A stretch of DNA of 62,266 bases, filler included, from Rhabdomonas costata (Eukaryota): NCBI GenBank assembly GCA_019059605.1. It is 29 parts of 29 records of this genome, joined end to end, with 100 filler letters (N's around TTAATTAATTAA, not from the genome) between each part and the next. Parts side by side here need not be neighbours in the genome. Positions count along the whole stretch, not along the records: positions 1 to 2,053 come from JAHMHO010006063.1; positions 2,154 to 4,206 come from JAHMHO010006064.1; positions 4,307 to 6,358 come from JAHMHO010006065.1; positions 6,459 to 8,510 come from JAHMHO010006066.1; positions 8,611 to 10,662 come from JAHMHO010006067.1; 24 more parts are not named here. One strand, written 5' to 3'. The notes under the pieces were generated by a model. The model made no database searches, had not been told where the DNA came from, and saw only the letters and a program-made list of their open reading frames with translations. The position numbers and the translations under genes are program-made. Shown in pieces: positions 1 to 10,142 of the stretch (its first letter is position 1; each line of letters opens with the position of its first letter).

Positions 1-599
1 TGTGTTGGGCGCCACACTGGCTGGGGCCTTTCTCGTGGAAACGACTCTCGGAGCTTTTTTATCGGATGGCATTAGTTTTGAGCTTCACTGGGTTCAGTGA
101 CGCAGGAATGCAAGCGCTTGTGACTTGTCGTTTCTTCCCCAATATGTGCTCTGGTGCGTCTGCGAGCACTTTCGAATCCCGTTGGCTGTAGGATAAGGGC
201 TCTGATTTCTCACATGCTCGATGGTCCACTTGTCGCTCCGCGCACTGGGTCTGTCTTTACGTGGGTTCGTTCTTCCTTCGGGTGCACAAAGGGACACCGT
301 TGGAATTTGCATGCTAACCCGTGCCAGCATCGTGCAGCGACAAGGAGGACCCCGCCGACCTGGAGCTCGTCACCTCCGACCAAGCGTTGCCTGAAGTCCT
401 GTAGGTCAGGGCTTCCCACCCCCTGCAACCCGATTCCAATGCGCGGGAACGGACGCCGAGAATGAGAATGCGATTGAGGGGTGAAAATAGGTAAAACGGT
501 GTGCATGTACGATATGAGAACTGTGGAATGAGGTATGGTCTGGAATAAGTGTCGGCAGGATTCTAGGAGGACGGTACCCGGACCAATTGAAACTGTATG

Positions 600-1360
600 T
601 GCATAGACAGGCACAGGCGAATAATTCGACGCAGATTGCGAGCCCTGTTGGGATTGGATGAAGACGCACGAAGGTTCGAAAGTGTGGGAAAGACGGCGTA
701 GTTATCGATGAATGGCGTCCCGCAGTCCTTACTAAAGTCCACCTGCAACTGCAGGGGATGCATCACTGACGCGTCCACGGCCACGTCCACCCCGAGGAAC
801 CCGAGGAAGAGGAAATCCCCGGGCTGCTGCCTGGCCTGATCAACGCCATGTTCCCAAAGGCAGGTGAAGCCCGCCGCTTCCGCAACGTGCACCAGGGCCG
901 GCTAATCTCTTTGCGCAGAACTGTGTGTGGGGGCCCACATGTGACCCCAGAGCTCGTAAAACTCGTATGAGGGTGGGCAATGGGAGGCTTGGCTATGACG
1001 GAGCTAAGAAAAAGCGAATTATTAGCCATTTTTTTTCTGTCTGATGGGGTTTTTTTCGAATCAAGCTTTGTCAAGAATGTAAAAATATTCATAAAATTTT
1101 AGAACGTTTTAAAGCGCACGTACTCACCCTTGCCATGGTCGACACACGACAGCAGCAGACCATGAAAGACCATGAAAGCGTGGCTCCCCCCAACAAACCC
1201 GTTGAATTGGAAGACAACCTCTTCTGGAAAGCCTTAGAGCACCTGAGACCGTGCCTCCCCTGGACATCAGCCCGCAGAGAAGATCCGCAGGCGGGGCAAA
1301 CGAACATCCCAGGACACCAGGCGAAGCCGAGAGGCTGTCATCCTAAAGCCCTGTTGTTTC
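600..1360 (-). mobile_element. Degenerate CRE/SLACS-like non-LTR retrotransposon 3' part (CCHC finger + restriction-like endonuclease)
   Basis: Minus-strand translation with frameshifts: FRMTASRLRL..CPACGSSLRADVQGRHGLRCS-[insert]-GVTCGPPHTVLRKEIS..AEAAGFTCLWEHG..QQPGDFLFLGFLGVDVAVDASVMHP; matches the CCHC + RH + PxD..D pattern of RLE elements. Confidence 0.7.
954..1240. mobile_element. 287-bp insertion (including one TSD copy) with a 5-bp target-site duplication AGAGC
   Basis: AGAGC at 949-953 and 1236-1240; removing the insert rejoins GLRCS-GVTCGPPH in frame on the minus strand. Confidence 0.6.
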
Positions 1361-1888
1361 CCCAACTGCCTTATCGCTCTGTGGGTGTTCGAATCAGTCT
1401 TTTTCCACACGTTCAGTGTGGAGCAAACAAACACAAAGGGGAGCTCCCAACGCTGCGTTCGGTGCATGGTTCTATGCGTGCCGGGGGTGATGGGTTGCCT
1501 GCTGATTAGTTGGATTGCAGTCCATATGTGATCCAATTTTCCACTGGACAGAGTACACAGCTTGCCCTGGGCACGTTGAGCTTTCCAAAAGCGCTCTACA
1601 AAACAAAAAAGTAGGGAAACAAAACAGTGGTCTTTTGCTGAAACCCCACATGAACCGGCTTTTTCGGCTAGGCGGTTTGCGCTTTTGTTTTCTTTTCCTT
1701 TTACCATTTTCCCTTTTGGCTGTTGTGTGGAAGTTTTTTCCATTTGATTTCCGTTTATGTTGGTTTATCCAAAGCATCACGCATATTAAATGCACTTGCA
1801 CTTGACAGAAATGCTTCCGTAAGTGCACATATTTGTCTGACAGAAATGGTGGTTTGGTGGGTTTAGGTTGGGTTGGTCGTAGGCGGGT

Positions 1889-2050
1889 TGGGCACTTGCT
1901 AAACATGTGACACAACATTCACGTTGGCCGGTAGATACGGGTGCTTCCCCTGCCCCCGTTTGAAAGAAAAGCTCCAAGGGACGTTTCCACGAGAAAAAGC
2001 CGCAGCCCCCCAACGGAGGAGTGTGGAGTCACATGTTTAGCAAGTGCCCA
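1889..2050. repeat. 23-bp perfect inverted repeat at contig end
   Basis: TGGGCACTTGCTAAACATGTGAC (1889-1911) and its reverse complement at 2028-2050. Confidence 0.85.
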
Positions 2051-2053
2051 CCC

Positions 2054-2153
2054 NNNNNNNNNNNNNNNNNNNNNNNNNNNNNNNNNNNNNNNNNNNNTTA
2101 ATTAATTAANNNNNNNNNNNNNNNNNNNNNNNNNNNNNNNNNNNNNNNNNNNN
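2054..2153. other. Artificial contig spacer (44 N + TTAATTAATTAA + 44 N); recurs about every 2.15 kb, 28 times
   Basis: Identical linker with stops in all six frames between near-equal-length contigs; neighbouring contigs are therefore unlinked. Confidence 0.97.
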
Positions 2154-2759
2154 GTGGTGGGTGTGTTTGGGGGGGGGTTTGTGTGTTTGTCGGGTTTTGC
2201 CGCGTGTGCGTGTGGCTTTCTGTATGCGTGTGTGCGTGTGCGCGTGTGTGTAAGAGAGTAGAGAGAAAGAGGGCAGTATTACCCAACTGCAAACAGGGGT
2301 AAGGCACTGGATGAAGCATCAGGGAAAAAGACATTTGGGGTGTACATTTTTTGAGAGATTTTTTTTTAACTTCAAAACATCACAGATGAGTTCTCGTGGA
2401 ATTCTTGCAGTAGCAGGAATCAGCACAAACAAAAACAGGGTGTACATTACGGGAGCTGTGAATATCCACGTTCAGCCCCACCACACACATATTATTTCAC
2501 GCCGGCACCCTTCCATCTGGAGCGTTGCATTAGTAACGTGTCCTGCCCCACACAGACAACGACATGCAAATACAAACAGTCATCATGGAGGGAAAAACAA
2601 ACAAAAGAAAAGCATGATTCCATAGGAGGTCTACGAAACATTGCCATGCAAGCCAAGATTCGTGCGAAGCCCCGGTGGTGAAGTCAGATACGGCACAGGC
2701 CTTACCGCGGCCTTACAGCAACGACACGACGGCAACAGCAAAGCATCCACACCCTCCTG

Positions 2760-3909
2760 TGCAGACGACGCGCACGTTAACGCCAAGGCTCACTGCGGCG
2801 CTGCGCAGCTCCTGCGCCGCCTCCACACAGTGCAGCCCGTGGTCCGATCGCGCACAGCGGACGTTCCAGTATGCCAGCACCTTGTCCCCAATGAAGGGGC
2901 TCGAGAGCCCACCACGGGAGTGGATAACCTGAATGCAGTTAATGGTGTCACAGCGCGAAGGCAACCAGAGAAGAAGAGAGAACTTTGAAAGGTGAGTGGC
3001 AGACCCTCTGTTGCACCTCGGCGCATTCAAACTCAAGCGAAAGGGGCTAAGAGAGGCTGTCACTTCAGCCCTCATGTTGAACCAGGCCTCTCCAAGGGTT
3101 TATGGAAAGTGAGCGCGGGCATGTTCAACACAGGATGCCTTAGGGGCGCACCTGACTGGCGGCCTGAACAACGGAGGTGTGGGTGGAGATCAGTGTAGTC
3201 TCGTCCGCAACCAGCGAGTGGAACGCCTCGATGTCCATTTGTAGCACAGACACGGGGCGGTTGCTCAGGGCCCCCACATGCCGCGCCACCACAGATCTGC
3301 GGCGATGGGTGCCCGCCGCGGAGTGCCTGGGGGAGCCCCCGCAGCTGCTTCCGCCACCGCCGACCCTTGCAGAGTGAGGCTTGTCAACAATCGAAGACGT
3401 TACGCAGAGCTGTGCCGTGGAGGTCCGTGCGTCTCCAGGGACGCCAGGCATCACGACGATGTCCTGGCTCGCTTCGGGGCTCCGAGGCTTGCGGGGCTCT
3501 ACCATCTCGTCCTCAACAACGTCCCCGTCGTAGTTGGGCTCATCGGCACCAAGTCCCAGAACAGCCTCGGGAAGGAAAGCGCGAAACTCCTGAGAACGTG
3601 ACAACAACGCTGTCAAAAAAGACTGCAGTGACCTTTTCCCGGATCAATAAATACAGCAGAGAGCAGGCCACACCCTCAGCTTCTCCACCATCGTCCCAAA
3701 GTGCGCCTGGATGTCCGAGATCTCCTTGAAGCGGCTGGGCCTCTGCTGCACCGCGTCCAGGTTCATCTCCGCGACCTGCCCCATCTGGTCGCTCAGCCGC
3801 ATCAGCGGCGACGCCACAGCATACGAGATCAGTAGCCCCGCGCCGAAGGCCAGCACCGCCACCGCGATGACGGTGTAGATCAGCATCCGCTGCACCGCAG
3901 CGTTGATGT
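2760..3909 (-). CDS. Membrane-anchored HAMP + class III nucleotidyl cyclase-like protein (partial; exons 3909-3674, 3589-3152, 2928-~2760)
   Basis: TM helix then HAMP (ASPLMRLSDQM..EISDIQAHFGTMVEKLR-EFRAFLP); cyclase-like motifs VSVLQMDIEAF and FIGDKVLAYWN; in-phase GT-AG introns; 3' exons unresolved. Confidence 0.75.
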
Positions 3910-4769
3910 CTGCGAGGGGAGAGATGGTGTGAGAGAATTGCAGGGGGAGACAGAAAGAGCAAGGGCACGTGCTACATCCCTTGGGGCTGGTAAAGGCACT
4001 GCAGAAGAAAATGCCTGTGACACATGGGAAGCAGGGCGAAGACTGGAGTTGCTGCTGATGGCAAGTAGCTTGGGACCCGTAACTCCCGCATCAAGGAGAG
4101 CTAAACACCAAAACCCAAAATACTTATCCATCCACAGAAAAGAACGATGTGGTACTTTATTCTGTGGGTCTGGTTTGGGATGTGGTTTGGGATTTCCACC
4201 ACAACANNNNNNNNNNNNNNNNNNNNNNNNNNNNNNNNNNNNNNNNNNNNTTAATTAATTAANNNNNNNNNNNNNNNNNNNNNNNNNNNNNNNNNNNNNN
4301 NNNNNNGGTGTTTTGTGTGTTTCAAAATCGACTGTGATCTGAAGGTCCCGCTCAGGGCACGGGACTGGTTGCTGCGGCTGCCGCGTTCGCGGCTGAAACG
4401 TGAGTCTCGTCTGCAGGGCGGCGACTCGTTTGTTTGATTAAATAATTGATTAATTGGTTGGTTGATTGATTGATTGCGTGTCTCTGTCGGTTGGCGGTTG
4501 GAGGATACGACGACCCGACGAAGGAAAGAGAGGCGGATCGCCTCGAAAATGTGGAAGGGAAAAGACGAACGGAGGGTTGACCTCTGTGTCTGCACCTTTC
4601 GTGTGTCTGGTTCGGGGACAGAAACTGGCCGCTCGTGAGGCTTTGCTACAATTTTGTCATCCGCAGGCTTGTTTCTACTAATGATGTCCCCTTTTGCTCT
4701 TTGCTTCGGGTGACGAAAGAGCATGCACCACAGAAAAAGAGTCCCAAAGCTCTCCTTAACGCGTCATGG

Positions 4770-5240
4770 ACTGGCTTGGTATTCCGATGGAACGAAGGAT
4801 GCAGCGATGCTGCGCCAACCGCCTTACTCATCCTTTACAGCACTCCAGCTGCTGCCAGCCTCGACAGCTCGCTTTACCCTGGTGCTGTGGAACCCAAGGC
4901 ACATATCGGCATGATCCCACGCAGTCCCCAACAAACCACAGCTGCCTTCACACAAATTGCGTCGCTTCCAGCAACACTTCGGAGCAGCCACGCTGCAATC
5001 TGCTGCTTAGGTAAGAAACTCCTTGCACGATGTTGTGGGCAGCTCGAGCGCGGAAGGCGCGCCGGCCCGGGAGGTCGTAAATGCAGGTCACAGCGGAGTT
5101 TACACCGAGTTGTTCGAGCAGTTGTTCGAACACCAAGTCCTTGTCTCCGTTTGTGTCTCGAAGAGAAGTTCGACACAAAAGAGCTCCGCGCACCACCCTC
5201 TCCAGTCTTTCGTAGAACTATGTCAAACCCCAGACTCATT
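4770..5240 (+). mobile_element. Degenerate CRE-like non-LTR retroelement fragment (post-RT region)
   Basis: Reverse complement is homologous to 28430-28600 (shared gctggcagca-ctggagtgctg); the + frame has VVRTPSP..EKFDTKELRA, resembling the YLLRTxPP..FD..LR motif. Confidence 0.5.
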
Positions 5241-5283
5241 CGATGACATTCTTGTCGCCAGCCTTTTCATCTCTTTTCAAACA

Positions 5284-6214
5284 ATGTCGCGATCTACTGA
5301 GACGAAAATTGTTCTAATTGGTGCAGAAGGTCGTTTGTGTTTGTTGAAAAGTTTCATTTTGCTGCTTTTGCTCTTGTTGTTTTCTGAAACTTTTTTTGCA
5401 GGCGTTGGAAAGACCTCCCTTGTGCACCAGCTCATTTTTGGGGACATCACTGCTCCACTTGGTACTATGACGGGCTCTTTCAGGCTTGGTATGTGCCCAC
5501 TTGAAACCTTTTAGGAGTTCTGTGTGTGAATGTGTGTGATGACACCGTTGGAAACGTTTATAGCAAGCGGTGAAATTGTTTGATCCAATGTGAAACTTCC
5601 CCACCCTCTGCACCCGCTCTGCGGGGCTCTGCAAGAATACTATTGCCCTTTAGCTCAGCATTGGGCGACAACAGAAGATGAAAAAGCAACACAAAAAGCA
5701 ACCCGGAGGAAGACGCCATTTTCGACTCCTGTTCAGATAATTGGGTGACCTCCGCTTGAAAACAGACCTTTTCCTACGTAATCACAAACTGCCTGGCTAC
5801 TTGTGGGATTTCAATGGGGCGAGCTTCAAGCAGTGAAACATTTTTTCAGCATCATTGCGCCAATACACGGAATCTCAGCGGCATCTCTTTGTCTTCTGGC
5901 ATCTGAACATGGGAACGTGAACTGTGTCAAGGGGCTCCATGCTGGAATTAGGTTCCTGGCCGAGAGGGAGGAAGTGTAATAAACACAACAACAGGCTTGA
6001 TCTTTTTTCTGGCGCCATTAAGCGCCTTCCAAGCCATCTAAGCCAATGGCTTCTCCCACACGCCCACGCCCACGCACAAACAGGAGCAACGCCAGTCACG
6101 GTGAAGTTCATTGAGATTCCCGGGAGTGAACTGGCCAAAGGCAACATCCTGAGGGCCAGAGTTCACTGCCGGACTGCAGCAGCCGTTGTTTTCGTCTATG
6201 ACGTTAGTCGTGAG
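5284..6214 (+). CDS. Divergent Ras/Rab-superfamily small GTPase (5' part; exons 5284-5329, 5402-5488, 6084-6214)
   Basis: MSRSTETKIVLIGAEGVGKT P-loop; VKFIEIPG at the G3 position; AAAVVFVYDVS; in-phase GT-AG introns. Confidence 0.8.
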
Positions 6215-6528
6215 GTTTGCTTTTCTAATTTGGTTGTGTTTCTAATTTAACGTGCTTGCACGCTTGTGTCTTCCTCCGTTTTGTTGCGATGTGCACACCG
6301 CAAAGGCACATACTACTTGCAATGAGCGGCAAAGAAGTTAATCCAAATCCCCCCAACANNNNNNNNNNNNNNNNNNNNNNNNNNNNNNNNNNNNNNNNNN
6401 NNTTAATTAATTAANNNNNNNNNNNNNNNNNNNNNNNNNNNNNNNNNNNNNNNNNNNNGTTTGTTGTTGACGGTGTGCCAGCATTCCTTGGTAAGCATGC
6501 ACTGTCTAATTCGTCTTGACCCCTTCAG

Positions 6529-7080
6529 GGCAACGCCGAGGCCCAGTCCTCCGCTCGGACGGCAGTGATGCACGTTGCCACGACATGCGGATACCACAGC
6601 ACCCGCGCAGTCCCGCAGCTGTACTCCGAGCTCGGGGCGGCGGGACTCAAGCCCACCCTGCGCACCTCCGCCGTAGTTGCCAGGTACACATTGGCCCCTG
6701 TGTTATTGCAGCGACTTATTCGACCCCAAGGACCCGCCACGCACGGTTCGGGAGGCCTGCTGTATATACCAAAGACCCCAGGCCTGTTTCAGCCCTTTTT
6801 TCATCAGTTGTTGGACGATTTTGTCATTAATAGGCTACAAGTTGCCCGTTTTCAGATGTGCCATTCAGAGTCACACAAGCCTTGTCCATCTGAAGCCCAT
6901 TGCCCATTATTTCTTTCCCAAGCCAGCTGCAGCCGTGAATTATGATACCGTTTCCTCTGGGATAATTTTTGCATGAACGAGGGGTGCTGTTGTATGCGCA
7001 GGAGCCTCCTTCTCCTGAAGCAATACGACGCCCTGGAGAGCTATTTGCAAGCTCTGCGTCATTCCCTGGGCAGCCTACCG
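6529..7080 (+). CDS. Two exons (6529-6683, 7002-~7080) of an unknown helical, possibly PPR-like protein
   Basis: In-phase AG/GT borders; LYSELGAAGLKPTLRTSAVVAR-SLLLLKQYDALESYLQ resembles a PPR motif. Confidence 0.4.
6722..6801 (+). repeat. Dispersed ~85-bp intronic repeat, copy 1 (copy 2 at 52609-52695)
   Basis: Shared gaccccaagg..tcgggaggcctg(c/t)tgtatatac(c/a)aaagaccccagg..agccc-ttttt in two unlinked contigs. Confidence 0.8.
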
Positions 7081-7172
7081 TTCATCTTTTCTGTGCTGGA
7101 GATTGACATGTATGCATGGGGGTTTGCCAGTTTGCGAACCAAAATAAAATGCCCTGGGTTTCATCTTGACGC

Positions 7173-7738
7173 CAGGGTTGTGAAAAAAAACCTGGTTGGT
7201 TAAAGTCAATGGTTATATCCGTGGTTATAATCAAGCCCTCCGGCTGGAAAAAACTGGTTATTTCGTTTGCTCCGCTTGGCGTTATTTTCTCGTCTGAAAA
7301 CTTTCAACTGCCCAGGGGAAAGAAAGAAGCAACCGCGAAAGAAGCAAGCGACACGAATGTGCAGCGCATAGCCGAAAGGCAGCGCTCAGTAGGTTTCTAT
7401 TATGCGCGGAGAGGGCGGCAGGGCAGCAGATATATAACGAGAGTGGTCGGATTGTTGCAGTGGATCTTGCGAACTCCAAAGGGGTCGGAGGTCTCGTTGC
7501 TTGAAGCACCGGTGGGTCAGCAAGCAGGTGCGGGCTTGGGTGTCGTGCAGCGGGTCAGCCAGGCTTGTTTGTGAGACTTGACCCGACGTTGTTGACCTCT
7601 GGTTTCCCTTATCTCGGAAGAGCGTCCTCAAAGGAAAAGAGTTATAGCCAAAAAACAGTTTTTGTTTATTAAAAAAAAAGCCGGTAAAATAACGGCTTGT
7701 TGCTTGTAGGGAAAAACCAGGTTTTTTTCACAGCCCTA
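7173..7738. mobile_element. MITE-like element with ~25-bp terminal inverted repeats (hAT-like CAGGG..CCCTA ends)
   Basis: cagggttgtgaaaaaaaacctggtt versus aaccaggtttttttcacagcccta; subterminal short repeats; no clear TSD. Confidence 0.65.
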
Positions 7739-9022
7739 CACGAAATAATGCGGCGCCATTGCACGCACGCATCACACCAAGATGCTGCCGTGGAGGAAAA
7801 TTTTTCGTGCACCGTAGGTTTCCCAATTTGGGAGACTTTTGGTAAAACGCCAAATCTTTGACCTGCGCACCGTGAGACATCCAGGTCAAACCCCACACTA
7901 ACGGTGTCTCACTGTCTAACCGAGTTGGGGTTGAGTTGGTGCTCTGCGAACGTTATCCAGCGCCCAATACCATTTTTTCTGGGCCTTTGAGCTTGTGGTT
8001 GGCGGGGTGTGTTGTTACGCACTCCGCTCGACGCAGACTAGCAAAGGAGAGCAGAAACAGTCGGCAAATGTTCTGCCCTTTTGGTGAATGGGCCCAACCA
8101 TATTAACAACATTTTTTCCCTTTCCCCAATTTCGAAGAGGAGTCTGCTTTTTTGCGGCGTTGGACATTGCTGCCTCTCTTTCTTTTTGCTTCAGGGTGGG
8201 TCTGTTGCTATAATGCTAGCTCTTCTGGCGGCGCAGAGATGCAGCCCTTTTGGAACTGCGAGGTTCCTTCTTGTTGCAGGTGTCACGGCATTGATTTTCG
8301 TGTTTTTCACGACCGCACCTTTCTCCCTGCTGCACAGACAAATCTAAAAGCTGTGACACAACATCGGACGCAGGACGCAGTGCGTTGTACTGCGCGATCC
8401 TATCCATCGCTTACATTGAGCAATTACCGTTGCCAATTTATTTCACAATAATGGGGAATGACAAAAACGATGGCCGATGGCGCACGAAGGCGTTTCCATA
8501 ACCCACACACNNNNNNNNNNNNNNNNNNNNNNNNNNNNNNNNNNNNNNNNNNNNTTAATTAATTAANNNNNNNNNNNNNNNNNNNNNNNNNNNNNNNNNN
8601 NNNNNNNNNNTTGTGGGGTGGAGCAACTTGCTTCACACCACAACGACTGTAGCGGAGGGAATCAGGGACTGCGCGGAGACCAAAAAGAAAAGACCATGAT
8701 TTTGCATGGACCTGGGAGAGCGGGTGCAAAGGAGGCGACGAATGAAGCAAGAATTTCGATGAAGGGTTCAATCCAACTCATCCCACTGGAGGAGGTGCAC
8801 AGGGTATGGCGGAACACCTTTACGTGGGGCTGAGAATTTCGTTGCGCGGGAACATTTTGGCTTATGACAGGCTGGGTCCTGAGGATCAGGGTCAGGATGG
8901 GTCCTGAGAATGTCCTATATGGGGCAGCTGTGGCTTAATTTTCTCCAAAACTCTCTTCATCTCCCCCCAAAAAGGCGTTCTCTGGCACATGAGATCAAGT
9001 GAGGGGACGGTGACTGGGATAC

Positions 9023-10142
9023 CCCCGAGCAGGGCAGGTTGAGCATCGCCGTGGGGCAAGGGCTGGTGCAGGAGGGGCCGTAGTAGCCCGACTGGCATTT
9101 GTCGCAAGCCTGTCCAGTCCAGAACCTACAGAACCCAAACCCTTGCCAAGCACCCACGAACGAAAACGCCCGTCACCTGATATGCTTCTCTCCCCTCCCA
9201 AGTTTTCAAAAACGAATGCGCTGAATAGAGGCCTACGCCTTTATTCACAAAACCACACCACTTTCAGTCACACATACACACACAAGCGCATCGGGGTCTT
9301 CTTCAGGGGGAAAGGGCAAGATATAAAAAAGTCACGTGTCAAGTCGAAACGCGAGGTAAAGTGTAAGTGTGCAGTTCAACAGGTAGGAGTTGAATAGCAA
9401 AGCGTCGGTGCGCCCGAAAAGGACAGAAGATAATATTGGAGATGCTGTGAACAGGTTGAAATGCACTTTTTTCTTTGCATCGTCTGAAGTGTATGCCACA
9501 GCTGCATTGTACGCATTTCGGGGATGTTCGCATATCCGCAGGGAAGTTGGGCACACCCCAGAGTGGAGTCGGAGTTGCACACGCAGGTCGCGGTGGTGGT
9601 TTCACAGCTGCCATGACCGCACACCGTCGCCGTCAGTCCAGAGACGGGGCAAACCAGCTCGCACGCCAGTCCTCCGTACTAAACACCCATACACACCCAC
9701 ACCCACACACTCATACACACAGCGGGAGGAGGGAGACACGCGGAGGGGGGGAGGCACAGCCATGCAAATACTGAAGAGAGAGATTAATGCACCTGTAACC
9801 GAACATGTTGGCCAAAAACAGTCGAACAATGAGGTCAAGGGTTGCAGACAGGAGCAGTCCCGTTAGCAGCATGCGATCTATAAATATAGTAAAACAATGC
9901 GGGAAATTCAACGGAGGAAACCCACACGAAGGGTCTGGACTTAAGAGGCAGGAAAAAGTGGAAGTGGCGCTTAAGTCGAACATGAGAACGAAGCAAACAA
10001 CAGAAAATTCGGATGGCGCACGGTACCTTCAGGGAGGCGGTGGAGTTGCAGGTGCACTTCCCGGTTACCGAATCGCAGACCCCGCGGTTGGAGCACGGGG
10101 AGGAGGCTCCTCCGGGGCACACCTGCGTACAGGTCGCTCGCC
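9023..10142 (-). CDS. EGF/laminin-EGF-like repeat extracellular protein (exons 10142-10027, 9678-9557, 9125-9023)
   Basis: CPGGASSPCSNRGVCDSVTGKCTC, CGHGSCETTTATCVC, GFWTGQACDKCQSGYYGPSC; GT-AG borders. Confidence 0.85.

Noticed and set aside
2098-2109. Regularly spaced TTAATTAATTAA palindromes resembling a repeat array
   Set aside because: Artificial six-frame-stop linker inside N spacers; ORFs ending in X..LIN are artefacts
2154-2180. G/T-only contig starts and C/A-only ends resembling telomeres
   Set aside because: No fixed repeat unit; they resemble remnants of the G/T-type amplification primer (TGTGTTGGGTGTGTTTGG-like) plus GT microsatellites
2430-2760. Possible non-GT donor intron at the 3' end of the HAMP-cyclase gene (CAGGA repeated at both borders)
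   Set aside because: The downstream exon assignment is too uncertain without transcripts; a micro-exon could explain it
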